A stretch of DNA of 63,273 nt, counting the filler. It is 4 parts of 4 records of this genome, joined end to end, with 100 filler letters (N's around TTAATTAATTAA, not from the genome) between each part and the next. Parts side by side here need not be neighbours in the genome. Positions count along the whole stretch, not along the records: positions 1 to 18,709 come from SRR31156797_2016; 3 more parts are not named here. The stretch is one strand, 5' to 3'. The notes beneath the pieces are model-generated. The model was not told the origin of the DNA, searched no databases, and saw nothing but the letters and a program-made list of their open reading frames with translations. The position numbers were made by a program, and so were the translations under genes. This document shows, piece after piece, positions 1 through 9,977 of this stretch; position 1 is the first letter of the stretch; every line of letters begins with the position of its first letter.

Positions 1-129
1 TCAAGGTTAACCTCATGACGTTTTAGTCAGTGCCTGACATTCATCGTCTGGCCTGACATAAACAACGTATAAACAAAAGTTTAAGTTGTTTATCGTCATT
101 ATTCATCAGAAAATGATGAATAATTCGGG

Positions 130-471
130 TTAATTCACTATCGCAGTATCTTCAATCATGAAATTAGCAGTATCTATCGGTTGAACATATCTGGTGGAAT
201 CAACCAGTTGTATGCTACTGCTTTTTGGTGTAAAATGCTGGTATCCCATGAAAGAAATGAGCAATATGGCGGCAAAACTCACTTTCCAGACAAGGATCTT
301 TGCCGTTAGAAGGCCACCCAGCGAAGGCAAAAACTGATTTTTTCGAACAGTTGATCCTGTAGATTTCAGCTGCATGTGGTACATCAACCGATCATGAATG
401 TTTTCATTGGGTGAAAATTGGAGGCCATCGTTTTGAAGTGCCTTGCTAATATGTTGTTCAAATTTATCCAT
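130..471 (-). CDS. Putative single-pass membrane anti-sigma factor
   Basis: Directly downstream of an ECF sigma gene; N-terminal helical region, one hydrophobic span (ILVWKVSFAAILLISFMGY) and a short C-terminal tail. Confidence 0.55.
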   Translation of the reverse strand: MDKFEQHISKALQNDGLQFSPNENIHDRLMYHMQLKSTGSTVRKNQFLPSLGGLLTAKILVWKVSFAAILLISFMGYQHFTPKSSSIQLVDSTRYVQPIDTANFMIEDTAIVN

Positions 472-529
472 CTTGATCTTTTATTTGGCTTAATTATGCA
501 TGATGTTTTTTGGAATGATAAAAACCTTT

Positions 530-1120
530 TCACGGAAACTGTTCATCATATTGGGTAGTCTTATGCTTTAGTTTTTTCCTGATTTTTTCCCGGGTATAAA
601 ACAATCTAGACTTTACTGTGCCCAGCGGCAGATTGAGCACTGTGCTAATTTCTTTAATGCTGAGGCCTTCGCGATATTTTAGCAAAAAGGCTGTGCGGTG
701 GGTGTCGTCAAATTCATTCAGACAATCAAATACATCCTCAATTGACATGTCAGTCCTGGGTTGCTCCAACTCATCCTGCGGAAAACGATCAGGGTCATCT
801 ACCTTCTCGATCACATTTCGCACATTTCTGCTGCGGTATTCGTTTTTACATTGGTTGTAGGCTAAACTAAACACCCATGTAGAGAATTTCCTGTCCGGAT
901 CAAATAAATAGGGTTTGTCGATGATCTTGAAAAAAAGGTCTTGCAAAAAGTCTTCAGCCAGCTCTTTGTCATTTCCCAGCATGCGGTAGAAAAAATAAAA
1001 CATCCGGTCACTGTAGCGCACGTATAGTTCGTTAAAAGCTTTCGAATCGCCATTACCAATTGCAACAACCAGTTTTTCGTCGGTATGCTTTTTGTAATTT
1101 GGGGGTTTAAACTTAAACAT
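530..1120 (-). CDS. ECF-family RNA polymerase sigma-70 factor
   Basis: Region 2 (AFNELYVRY, AEDFLQDLF, FSTWVFSLAYNQCKN) and region 4 (LSIKEISTVLNLPLGTVKSRLFYTR). Confidence 0.95.
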   Translation of the reverse strand: MFKFKPPNYKKHTDEKLVVAIGNGDSKAFNELYVRYSDRMFYFFYRMLGNDKELAEDFLQDLFFKIIDKPYLFDPDRKFSTWVFSLAYNQCKNEYRSRNVRNVIEKVDDPDRFPQDELEQPRTDMSIEDVFDCLNEFDDTHRTAFLLKYREGLSIKEISTVLNLPLGTVKSRLFYTREKIRKKLKHKTTQYDEQFP

Positions 1121-1307
1121 CTCTACCCTTTTTGTGGTTTACCACTGAGAAGGCAATCAACCCAAAAGCGGATAAAATTAGGATAGGTGCAAAAGTAATT
1201 TTCAAATGACTGTATGTGTCTGTTCCAATGGTCATCAAAATGAAGCCTGATTGCAACAACGCAAGTCCAACCCAGAGTATTTTCCAGGATATTTTAATGT
1301 TTTCCAT
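1113..1307 (-). CDS. Small two-TM membrane protein (DUF3098-like)
   Basis: 64 aa, two hydrophobic helices, ITFAPILILSAF motif; overlaps the sigma start. Confidence 0.5.
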   Translation of the reverse strand: MENIKISWKILWVGLALLQSGFILMTIGTDTYSHLKITFAPILILSAFGLIAFSVVNHKKGRDV

Positions 1308-1327
1308 AATATTAATCTAAAGCCCTC

Positions 1328-1353
1328 TATACACGCTAAAAATCAAAGGTTCA
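1328..1353 (-). promoter_or_regulatory. Possible ECF-type promoter for the small protein-sigma-anti-sigma operon
   Basis: Minus strand reads TGAACC-tttgatttttag-CGTGTATA about 20 nt upstream of the 1307 start; GAAC -35 is typical of ECF sigmas, but the spacing is not verified. Confidence 0.3.
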
Positions 1354-1503
1354 TCACAACTAAAATTTTTTTTTGCATCACTACTATATCGGTGGGTTCA
1401 GACGCTTCGCATCTGCACAAAGCTAATTACAGGTATTATGCTGGTTAATTCATAAACTGATTAATTTCTATTACCACTCCCTTCCGATCGTGGCAATAAT
1501 CAA

Positions 1504-2187
1504 TTAAGATTGCTTCCTTAGCTTTCGTCTAAAATTCCTGTGGAACTCGTTTATTAGTCGTTTATGAAAATAGGGATAAAGTATTTTATCTCTGAGTTTT
1601 GAGGGGCTTTTAAAATAACTGCTGTGGACGATCTTTGTATATCCCTCCACGGTTGTGTTAAATTTAAGCCGTTGAATGCCCTGGGTTTTGTTCCCTTCCA
1701 GGTAGCTAAATTCAATGATTCCGTTTTCAGGGTCTTCTTTAATTATTTCGAAGGCCATGGCAAGATGATAAAAACCTCCCAGTAGTTCCAGATCGAGAAT
1801 AATTATTTGACCTGTGTCGATGCCTGGAATTTCATCTCCTGAATAGTAAATGTTATTTGTTTTTTTTGAAATAAGTAAACCAAACGAAACAAGTTTTCCA
1901 TCCCATGATTGTGCAGGATTTGCATTTGTGTAGTTCATCCAGACCACAGGCAGGCATGCTTTTATCACATAATCTTTTTCCTGATGTTCGTAATCGGAAA
2001 AATCCGATACAGCGGAGCATGAAGGGGCAAAGTCTTGTATGGCTTCAACACCATCTGCTTTTTGCTGGTTTATGTATTTTTTAACCTGTCGGTATTGAAT
2101 TAAATCATAATCGATTTCATTAACCGAAGATTGTGAAAACGCCTGGCAAAAAATTATAATGGCAATAAAGAGCCCAAAATATTTCAT
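1504..2187 (-). CDS. Hypothetical exported protein
   Basis: 227-aa ORF with signal peptide MKYFGLFIAIIIFCQAFSQ; no family recognised with confidence. Confidence 0.7.
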   Translation of the reverse strand: MKYFGLFIAIIIFCQAFSQSSVNEIDYDLIQYRQVKKYINQQKADGVEAIQDFAPSCSAVSDFSDYEHQEKDYVIKACLPVVWMNYTNANPAQSWDGKLVSFGLLISKKTNNIYYSGDEIPGIDTGQIIILDLELLGGFYHLAMAFEIIKEDPENGIIEFSYLEGNKTQGIQRLKFNTTVEGYTKIVHSSYFKSPSKLRDKILYPYFHKRLINEFHRNFRRKLRKQS

Positions 2188-2227
2188 ATTGTTAGTTCTG
2201 TGGCACCTGAGTTTAACACCCTCAGGA

Positions 2228-3397
2228 TTAAAAACTTATAAACTCCCGCAAATCTGAATGCAATAAATACTCTAATTCCCCAAAATTTTCCGGCCGGGTT
2301 TCGGCATACACAAATCCAAAAATGTGAAACTTTGCAGCATCCACCTTGCGCAACTCCAAAACATTTTCCAGTTTGCCGGTGAGATTTTCATAGTCGAATG
2401 ATTTCACGTCACGGGCATCGATGCCTGAATTGTTGTTGAGGATGATGATGCTGAACCGGTTACCGGAATGGCTTTTCAGGATATGATCCCAATCCGGTTG
2501 CGTGCCCTCCATCACATATTCATAAGGATTAAAACCGAAAGCATAATGCGTGAGTTCCGCCGAGGTGCACCAACCGCCGTAGCGCAGCGGGTTGCCTTCG
2601 ATGGGCATGATGCGGCCGTTGCTGTCCACGCGCACTTCGAGGTGGAGCGGAAAGTTTTTCAGCCCGGTAAGTTTGCCGAGCTGTTTAAGGAAATTGCGAA
2701 ACGGCTCAAGATTTTCGCGGACAATCTGTGGGGAAGTCGTGTAAAGCCGGTCGCTGGTATCCTGTTCGCCGGCAAAAATGTGGTGCATCATGCCCAGAAT
2801 AAAAGGCTGGCCGTTTGCATCATAAAAAGCATCAACTGTAAATTCTTCGCCTTCAATGTTTTCTTCGATGATAAATTCTGCTATGTCGAGCACCTCTTCT
2901 GGATAGGTATTTTTGATCAGATCAGCTTCCTGTCTGATTTTTTGCTTTACTACCTCCCAACCTGATTTGGAGGCTACTTTGTGCACGCCGAGGCTGAAAA
3001 AACCAACATTGGGCTTGATGATAAACGGATGACGCAGGTCATCATATTTGATGTCATCAAGTTGAAGGGGATTTACAATTTGATAATAAAAATCCGGGTA
3101 TAAACCAGACACCAGTTCCCTGAACCGGGCCTTGTTTTTGAATGCATCCACCTTATCGGGGAGTTCCAAAAAGGATAAATTTTTGGCAATCCAGCCAATA
3201 GAATTTTCGGAAGAGGTGTAGATGGTAGAAATTTCACCTGAAAAGATCTTATCAACAGCCGTTTTTTCATCGATGAAATGTACGGCTTCTCCTTTCAAAA
3301 GCTCAGCAGCATCATGAGTTTTTAAAACAGGGTACTGGTTATTGACCACTGTGGCACGAAGCAGGCCGGAAACATATGGTTTATCTATGATTATCAT
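2228..3397 (-). CDS. ATP-grasp domain protein
   Basis: FKNKARFR, PFIIKPNVGFFSLGVHKV, FIIEENIEGEEFTVD, PIEGNPLRYGG motifs. Confidence 0.85.
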   Translation of the reverse strand: MIIIDKPYVSGLLRATVVNNQYPVLKTHDAAELLKGEAVHFIDEKTAVDKIFSGEISTIYTSSENSIGWIAKNLSFLELPDKVDAFKNKARFRELVSGLYPDFYYQIVNPLQLDDIKYDDLRHPFIIKPNVGFFSLGVHKVASKSGWEVVKQKIRQEADLIKNTYPEEVLDIAEFIIEENIEGEEFTVDAFYDANGQPFILGMMHHIFAGEQDTSDRLYTTSPQIVRENLEPFRNFLKQLGKLTGLKNFPLHLEVRVDSNGRIMPIEGNPLRYGGWCTSAELTHYAFGFNPYEYVMEGTQPDWDHILKSHSGNRFSIIILNNNSGIDARDVKSFDYENLTGKLENVLELRKVDAAKFHIFGFVYAETRPENFGELEYLLHSDLREFISF

Positions 3398-3415
3398 AAC
3401 ATCTGAATTTGGGCT

Positions 3416-3483
3416 GCAAAATTAGGAAAGCCTAAAACTTATTAACCAACAGCCAAAAGTATTTTTTCTAATCCTAATTTTGC
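3416..3483. promoter_or_regulatory. Divergent Bacteroidota sigma-A promoters (-7 element TAATTTTG on each strand)
   Basis: TAATTTTG at 3475-3482 (+) and 3417-3424 (-), each about 20 nt before a start codon. Confidence 0.7.
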
Positions 3484-3504
3484 CGGTTCACTCAATAACC
3501 CGGT

Positions 3505-4635
3505 ATGATCGAACAAATATTAAATAACCCCATCATTTTCTGGCTGTTAATGGCTTTCACCCTTTCGTTGATTATTCAGTTAATCTACTTCTGGGGCTAT
3601 TTTGCAAGGCTGGCTTTTTACAAAGTTCCTGCACTCAAAGGCAACTCCCCTGCTGTTTCGGTTGTTTTAACGGCGAGCAATCAATACAACGATTTAAAAA
3701 CCAACCTTCAGCATTTCCTTAATCAGGAATATCCCGATTTTGAAGTTTTGGTTGTGATTGATAATTCTGATGATGATACGGATGAACTGTTAACGGAGTT
3801 CTCTAAACATTCTGAAAAACTCCATGTTGTTGAGCTCAAACAAAAACTGAACTGGTTTTCAGGGCGCAAGTTTGCGTTATCTTTGGGGATAAAATCAGCA
3901 AAGCATTCAACCATTTTACTTTCCGACCCAACCTGCCGTCCTGAAACAAAATACTGGATCAGGGAAATGGTTTCCGGTTTTCGTTATGAAAAAGAAGTAA
4001 TAATCGGCTATTCAACATACAAAACGGGTATGAAACTCAACAGGTTGCTGCGTTTTACAGCATTTTATGATGCTTTGTTTTACCTGTCAAAAGCGCTGAG
4101 CGGAAAGCCTTTTAAGGGAATTGGTAAAAATCTGGGGTATTCGCGTGACCTGTTTTACCGGCACAAAGGGTTTAGTTCGCATTATGCCATCAATGTTGGG
4201 GATGATGAATTATTTGTGAACCGCGCTGCATCCGGGAAAAACACTGTTGTTTGCATAAATCCTGAAGCCCGGATTCAACAAATTAAACCGGTGAATTTTA
4301 TGCATTGGCTCAGAAATGAAAGCACACGGTTGCGAATCAGGCAAATGTTTCGGTTTAAGGACAAATTTTCTATCCGGTTGTTTTCGACCACCTCATTTTT
4401 ATTTTATGCTTCGCTGGTTGCTCTATTGATTTGTGATGCTCCGCTAATTCCCGTGATGGCCATTTTATTGCTACGGCTTGTAAGCCAAATGGTCGTTTTT
4501 AGCCTCGCAATGCGTAAATTATCCGAGCAAAAATTAGTACTGCTTTCACCTTTATTCGAAATCCTGTTGATCATTGTAGATTTTATTATCTGGATTTATA
4601 TACTGATTGGCCCCAGGCCAAAATGGACGAATTAG
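3505..4635 (+). CDS. GT2-family membrane glycosyltransferase-like protein
   Basis: N-terminal TM, PAVSVVL, QEYPDFEVLVVIDNSDDDT, GRKFALSLGI, GDDELFVN, C-terminal TMs. Confidence 0.85.
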   Translation: MIEQILNNPIIFWLLMAFTLSLIIQLIYFWGYFARLAFYKVPALKGNSPAVSVVLTASNQYNDLKTNLQHFLNQEYPDFEVLVVIDNSDDDTDELLTEFSKHSEKLHVVELKQKLNWFSGRKFALSLGIKSAKHSTILLSDPTCRPETKYWIREMVSGFRYEKEVIIGYSTYKTGMKLNRLLRFTAFYDALFYLSKALSGKPFKGIGKNLGYSRDLFYRHKGFSSHYAINVGDDELFVNRAASGKNTVVCINPEARIQQIKPVNFMHWLRNESTRLRIRQMFRFKDKFSIRLFSTTSFLFYASLVALLICDAPLIPVMAILLLRLVSQMVVFSLAMRKLSEQKLVLLSPLFEILLIIVDFIIWIYILIGPRPKWTN

Positions 4636-4682
4636 TTTTTAACCTTCGGGCTACGTATCTTCGGCCCAAATAATCTTGCATT

Positions 4683-5861
4683 ATGAAGAAGTACAATTTT
4701 GATGAAATTATCCCGCGCGAAAACACCGATTGTGTAAAATATGATATCCGTAAAATGTTTTTTGGTACCGATGATGTGTTGCCCATGTGGGTGGCCGACA
4801 TGGATTTCCGCACACCGGATTTTATCATCGGAGCTATTAAAAACCGGCTGGAACACGAAATCCTGGGTTATACTTTTCGGGGGAAATCTTTCACTAAATC
4901 GATAATAAAATGGAATAAAAAGCGCCATGGATGGGAGCTTAAAGCGGGATGGATAAGCTATAGCCCGGGAGTGGTTCCTGCTGTGAACATGCTGGTGCTT
5001 GCACTTTCCGGACCAGGCGACAAAATCATTGTGCAGCCACCGGTATATTTCCCCTTTTTCAGTGCAGTTAAAAACAATGACCGCACCCTTGTTGAGAACC
5101 CGTTGAAACTTGAAAAAGGCAGATTAAACATGGATTTTGATGATCTGGCCAAAAAAGCCAAAGATGCCAAAATGTTGATCATCAGCCACCCGCACAACCC
5201 GGGGGGAAGCGTCTGGACAAAAGGCGAACTCACCAAAATGGCTGAAATTTGCCTTGAAAATGATGTGATCATGGTTTCGGACGAGATACACTCCGACCTG
5301 ATTTTCCCGCAGTATAAGCACATCCCGCTGGCGTCCCTCAGCGAAGAAATCGCGCAACAAACGATTACCTGCAACGCGCCTTCAAAAACCTTTAATCTGG
5401 CCGGGCTGGCAACTTCATACCTGGTAATTTCAAACAACGATTACTTAGAGAAATACAACGCCATGCTCAACGACAAGATCCATGTAAATATGGGGAATCT
5501 ATTTGGTCCGGTTGCTTTGCAGGCTGCTTACGAGCATGGTGAAGACTGGCTGAACCAGTTGCTGGATTATGTTTGGAAAAATGTAGAATATGTGACTGAT
5601 TTTTGCGAACGGAAAATCCCGCAAATCAAAGTGATCAAACCCGAATCTACCTACATGATCTGGCTCGATTGCCGGGAGCTCAATCTAAAAGGTGATACAC
5701 TGAAGGATTTCTTCATAAAAAAAGCCGGGCTGGGATTTAACGATGGGCAGGTATTTGGTACAGGGGGCGAAGGTTTCATGCGAATGAATGTGGCATGTCC
5801 GCGATCTACTGTTGAAACGGCAATGAAGAAACTCAAAAACGCAATTCAGGGGTTGGTCTGA
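4683..5861 (+). CDS. PLP-dependent C-S lyase, MalY/PatB family
   Basis: LPMWVADMDF, HPHNPGG, SDEIHSDL, APSKTFNLAGL. Confidence 0.92.
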   Translation: MKKYNFDEIIPRENTDCVKYDIRKMFFGTDDVLPMWVADMDFRTPDFIIGAIKNRLEHEILGYTFRGKSFTKSIIKWNKKRHGWELKAGWISYSPGVVPAVNMLVLALSGPGDKIIVQPPVYFPFFSAVKNNDRTLVENPLKLEKGRLNMDFDDLAKKAKDAKMLIISHPHNPGGSVWTKGELTKMAEICLENDVIMVSDEIHSDLIFPQYKHIPLASLSEEIAQQTITCNAPSKTFNLAGLATSYLVISNNDYLEKYNAMLNDKIHVNMGNLFGPVALQAAYEHGEDWLNQLLDYVWKNVEYVTDFCERKIPQIKVIKPESTYMIWLDCRELNLKGDTLKDFFIKKAGLGFNDGQVFGTGGEGFMRMNVACPRSTVETAMKKLKNAIQGLV

Positions 5862-5935
5862 AATTTAGATGGGATTTAAAATTACACATTTATATATGCG
5901 CTTCGGGATTAAACATTTTGTTTTAAACATAATGT

Positions 5936-6457
5936 TTAATCCGTTTTTAAAAATTCATCAACCCTTTCAAAAGCTATGCGGAACCAAACGGTGTAATTTT
6001 CAGGGTGGGATTTCATGTCGGCAGCAATATCCTCCATTTTCATCCATTTCCAGCTTGCTACCTCTCCGGGGTTGATTTCGGGAACATCATTGTAACGTCC
6101 ATACAGCACATGGTCGAACTCATGCTCGGTAAGGCCTTTATCCAATTTGGCTTTATAGATGAAATCAAAGATTTTCTCAATTTCACAGTCAAAACCCATT
6201 TCTTCAACCAGGCGGCGATGGCCGGCTTCAAGCACGGTTTCTCCGGAACGTGGGTGACTGCAACAGGTGTTTGTCCATAATCCGGGGGAGTGGTATTTTG
6301 TCAGCGCACGCTGCTGAAGCATCAACTCATCCCGATCGTTAAATACAAAAACAGAAAATGCGCGATGCAAAACAGCCTTTTCATGGGCTTCCATCTTTTC
6401 CATTTCGCCAATGGCGTTATCCTGTCGGTCAACCAATACCACGTTTTCGATGTTCAT
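5936..6457 (-). CDS. idi: Isopentenyl-diphosphate delta-isomerase type 1
   Basis: LHRAFSVFVFN, WTNTCCSHP, EHEFDHV. Confidence 0.97.
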   Translation of the reverse strand: MNIENVVLVDRQDNAIGEMEKMEAHEKAVLHRAFSVFVFNDRDELMLQQRALTKYHSPGLWTNTCCSHPRSGETVLEAGHRRLVEEMGFDCEIEKIFDFIYKAKLDKGLTEHEFDHVLYGRYNDVPEINPGEVASWKWMKMEDIAADMKSHPENYTVWFRIAFERVDEFLKTD

Positions 6458-6461
6458 ATTT

Positions 6462-6872
6462 TTAAGTAATTTCGTTTAAAAACGCTTTCCAGCTAACTAT
6501 TTTTGTTTGTTTTATTTGAATCAAATCCAAAAGGTCCATGTCCCCGGAAATTAAATAATCAGCGTTACTATCCTCAGCTAAATTTAATAAGAAATTATCC
6601 TTCTCATCCCTACAGATTTTATTATTTGAATTTACATAGACAATTTCAGATTTTTTCTGAATCAGTTTGAGCACTTCAAAAATATCGGATTGAGAAAAAT
6701 ATTTTTTGAACTTTGGCCTGTTTGCAACCGAAATAAACTCTTCCACCAACTCATTAGAAAAAACCAGGCTTACTGTGTTGTTGGCCAGCAGATTATCTAA
6801 TTCTGAAAAATCTTTGGTAATCAGAAAGCTTATCCAAATATTAGTATCGAGTATTACTCTTTTACTTTTCAT
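6462..6872 (-). CDS. PIN-domain putative toxin
   Basis: VILDTNIWIS, CRDEKDNFLLNLA, ADYLISGDMDLL. Confidence 0.9.
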   Translation of the reverse strand: MKSKRVILDTNIWISFLITKDFSELDNLLANNTVSLVFSNELVEEFISVANRPKFKKYFSQSDIFEVLKLIQKKSEIVYVNSNNKICRDEKDNFLLNLAEDSNADYLISGDMDLLDLIQIKQTKIVSWKAFLNEIT

Positions 6873-7071
6873 AGCGGGAGCTTCTTTCTTCCTCTACCTC
6901 TTTTGTTATTTCTTCGAGGCTTATTCCCTTTTTGCCACGTAGTCTGGTTAATAATTTTTCAAATTCTGCTGATGTTTCTTCTTTTTTGATTGTTATTAAA
7001 TTTAAATCAGCCAGATTTTGAAGTATTTGAAAAGCCTTTGGGTTGATGATGTCAATTTTAACGGATTCCAT
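6862..7071 (-). CDS. Putative antitoxin paired with the PIN toxin
   Basis: 69 aa, overlaps toxin start by 11 nt; C-terminal ISLEEITKEVEEERSSRY is typical of Bacteroidota PIN-partner proteins. Confidence 0.7.
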   Translation of the reverse strand: MESVKIDIINPKAFQILQNLADLNLITIKKEETSAEFEKLLTRLRGKKGISLEEITKEVEEERSSRYEK

Positions 7072-7087
7072 TATTGAAAATTTTTAT

Positions 7088-7095
7088 CAAAGATA
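7088..7095 (-). promoter_or_regulatory. Bacteroidota -7 promoter element for the toxin-antitoxin pair
   Basis: TATCTTTG on the minus strand 16 nt upstream of the antitoxin ATG. Confidence 0.6.
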
Positions 7096-7138
7096 GTCTG
7101 GTTTTTTTAACAAAAATCAAACGAGGGAATTACAATGA

Positions 7139-7654
7139 TTAATATTGTAGAATTGTTGAAGTTTCAGCTTTTTCCTTCTTCGATAATTTCCCCGATTCAA
7201 TCATAGCCCGAGCGGCTTTTACCCAAAACGGGTTGTCATTTTTAAGAAGCCCGGGCAGTTTATCAAGCATGAAATCAATGTCATCACTGTTGTTATCGTA
7301 TTCCAGAAAGTTTGGGGCATTCACCTGGGTGGCAAACCGCAAAAATCTTATTTCAGGATTTTCAGCGTCCTTTTCAATTGCTGCTTCCAGGTTTTTCTTG
7401 CCACGGCTGAAGTATTCCAGTTTGGTAAAAGCCCCTTTCACACATTGTGCCGATGCTGCTTCAGTGGCTCCGGCATAAGCCTGCAATAAAGCAGAACTGT
7501 AGGCATCTGATTTTATCGATTCGAAGATATCAATCGCAGAACACGAATCCTGTTCCATCCTGAAAATTGAAACACGGAGATCTTCGATGGAAGGCTGAGC
7601 AAATGTGGCTAATGATACCAACAGGAACAGAAATACAATCAGCCTTTTCATCAA
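7139..7654 (-). CDS. Exported hypothetical protein associated with the crt genes
   Basis: Signal peptide; LEAAIEKDAENPEIRFLRF helical (TPR-like) motif; overlaps the crtB stop. Confidence 0.7.
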   Translation of the reverse strand: MMKRLIVFLFLLVSLATFAQPSIEDLRVSIFRMEQDSCSAIDIFESIKSDAYSSALLQAYAGATEAASAQCVKGAFTKLEYFSRGKKNLEAAIEKDAENPEIRFLRFATQVNAPNFLEYDNNSDDIDFMLDKLPGLLKNDNPFWVKAARAMIESGKLSKKEKAETSTILQY

Positions 7655-8487
7655 ATCAAATTGAATTTTTCTTTCATATAAGACGAAACCAGCAAGGCAT
7701 ATTTCTCGGGATCGGGAACCCGGACACGTTCATGGAGCAGGCGATCGGCCCTTGATTTTCTGATTTTTTTGAATAAAGTATAAAAATAGATATAGGCCAC
7801 GTAAACGCCAAAACGCGCTCCGTCCGGGAGTTTTTTAATACCCTCAAGCCCGGCTTTGAAATCCTCATCAATTTCTTTTTCAATTTTTACTTTCGTGGGC
7901 TCATCAAACTCCTTGATATCCACACCAGGAAAATACGACCTGCCCAATCCATGAAAATCATGGCTCAGGTCGCGCAGGAAATTGATTTTCTGAAAAGCAG
8001 CTCCCAACCGCATAGCCGATGGTTTTAAATCCTGATATTGATTTTCATCTCCCTCGCAAAATACCCGCAGACACATCAGGCCCACAACTTCTGCTGAGCC
8101 TAAAACGTATTCTTCGTATCCTTCACGATCATAATCATCTTTGTGCAAATCCATCTCCATGCTGCGCAGGAAAGTGTCGATGAGTTCTTTTTCGATGAGG
8201 TATTTATTTACTGCCCACTGGAAATTATTCAGGATGGGATTCAAACTGATTTTTTCATCGATGGCAGCATAGGTATCGCGCTTAAAATCATTGAGCAATT
8301 TAGGTTTGTTGTATTCATGAAATGTGTCGACGATCTCATCGGCAAAACGCACAAAGCCATAAATGGCGTAAATAGGATCGTGAAACCGCTTACTGAAAAA
8401 GCGAATGCCCATAGAAAAAGACGTGCTGTAAGTGACTGTTGTCAACTTACTCGACTTTTTTGATATCATGTCGAATAACTCTTTCAT
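7651..8487 (-). CDS. crtB: Phytoene synthase
   Basis: YSTSFS, YGFVRFADEIVD, SAEVVGLMCL, FQKINFLRD. Confidence 0.95.
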   Translation of the reverse strand: MKELFDMISKKSSKLTTVTYSTSFSMGIRFFSKRFHDPIYAIYGFVRFADEIVDTFHEYNKPKLLNDFKRDTYAAIDEKISLNPILNNFQWAVNKYLIEKELIDTFLRSMEMDLHKDDYDREGYEEYVLGSAEVVGLMCLRVFCEGDENQYQDLKPSAMRLGAAFQKINFLRDLSHDFHGLGRSYFPGVDIKEFDEPTKVKIEKEIDEDFKAGLEGIKKLPDGARFGVYVAYIYFYTLFKKIRKSRADRLLHERVRVPDPEKYALLVSSYMKEKFNLI

Positions 8488-8493
8488 AGTCTT

Positions 8494-9966
8494 TTAACTT
8501 TCTTGCTCAGCAATGAGTTTAGATACGATTTGCCCCGAAATAATCGAGGGCGGCACACCAGGCCCCGGTACTGTAAGTTGGCCGGCATAATATAGATTCC
8601 GAAGTTTCGGATTCTTGATCGAAGGCTTTAAAAAAGCAGTTTGCATCAAAGTATTGGCCAAACCATAAGCGTTTCCTTTGTAGGCGTTGTAATCATTTAT
8701 AAAATCAGAATGTGCGTAACTACGCTTATAGTCGATGTGATCTTTGATGGATTCGCCGGTCATCTTTTCCAAACGCTCAATTACGATATTGAGGTATTTT
8801 TGTCTGATTTCCTCTGTGTCTTTTAATCCGGGTGCAACAGGGATTAAAAGAAAAAGATTTTCATGCCCCTCAGGAGCAACAGCATCATCATACTTTGAAG
8901 TCATACAAACATATGCCGAAGGCTTTTCCGGCCATTTTGGGTCTTCGTAAATGGCCCTGGCGTGGGGTTCAAACTCTTCATCAAAAAGCAAATTGTGATG
9001 CTCCAGTTTATCCAACTTTTTATTTACCCCTACATACCACAGTAACGACGATGGCGACATCACCCTGGAATCCCAGTATTTTTCGGAATATTTGCGATAC
9101 TCCGGCGGCAGGATATCTTGCTCTATATGATGGTAATCAGCAGCACCAACAAAATAATTGGCTTCGTAGGATGTGCCGTTGTTTTGAGCAGCTTTGATTT
9201 TATTAGCCCCAAACTCAAACTTCTCAACCGGGGCATTGTAGATAAACTTCACACCTTTATTTTCGGCGAGTTTCACCATACCCTCAATAATTTTGTGCAT
9301 GCCTCCTTTTGGGTACCAGGTACCAAGTTTTATGTCTCCGTAATTCATGAGACTGTAAAGAGCCGGGGTTTTTTTGCCGGTTCCGCCAAGGAATAAAATG
9401 GGGAACTCAAGCATTTGCAGCAATCGGGGGTTTTTGAAATACTTCCGGGTGTATTTGTGAAACGATTGGAACATATGCAGCTTCGTGGCAGCCTTCAATA
9501 GCCTGAACTCAGCATATTCCAGGAAAGATAGGCTGGGTTTGTACACAAATTCCTTCATGCCCACATCGTATTTATATTCGGCTTCTTCAAGGAATTCCCT
9601 GAGTTTATCTCCAGCTCCGGGCTCGATAGAGTCGTACAATTTGTACATCTCATCAATATCAGCGGGCATATCCACAATATCATCCTTCCCATAGAAAATG
9701 CGATACGAAGGGTCCAGACGCATCAGGTTATAATATTTGGATACCTGTTGGCCAAAATCTTCAAAATAGGATTCGAAAATGTCGGGCATCCAATACCAGC
9801 TTGGACCCATGTCGAAAGTGTAACCATTAACTTCAAACTTGCGTGAACGGCCACCGGGGGAGGAATTTTTTTCGAGTACGGTAACATCAAAGCCTTTTTC
9901 AGCAAGCCCTGTAGCTGCTGAAATTCCGGCGAAACCCGCACCTATTACAATCACTTTTTTTTTCAT
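8494..9966 (-). CDS. crtI: Phytoene desaturase
   Basis: GAGFAG FAD motif, FDMGPSWYWMPD, GQLTVPGPGVPPSIISG. Confidence 0.93.
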   Translation of the reverse strand: MKKKVIVIGAGFAGISAATGLAEKGFDVTVLEKNSSPGGRSRKFEVNGYTFDMGPSWYWMPDIFESYFEDFGQQVSKYYNLMRLDPSYRIFYGKDDIVDMPADIDEMYKLYDSIEPGAGDKLREFLEEAEYKYDVGMKEFVYKPSLSFLEYAEFRLLKAATKLHMFQSFHKYTRKYFKNPRLLQMLEFPILFLGGTGKKTPALYSLMNYGDIKLGTWYPKGGMHKIIEGMVKLAENKGVKFIYNAPVEKFEFGANKIKAAQNNGTSYEANYFVGAADYHHIEQDILPPEYRKYSEKYWDSRVMSPSSLLWYVGVNKKLDKLEHHNLLFDEEFEPHARAIYEDPKWPEKPSAYVCMTSKYDDAVAPEGHENLFLLIPVAPGLKDTEEIRQKYLNIVIERLEKMTGESIKDHIDYKRSYAHSDFINDYNAYKGNAYGLANTLMQTAFLKPSIKNPKLRNLYYAGQLTVPGPGVPPSIISGQIVSKLIAEQES

Positions 9967-9977
9967 TTCACAAACGA

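Noticed and set aside
2468-2965. 165-aa plus-strand ORF
   Set aside because: Antisense shadow of the ATP-grasp gene.
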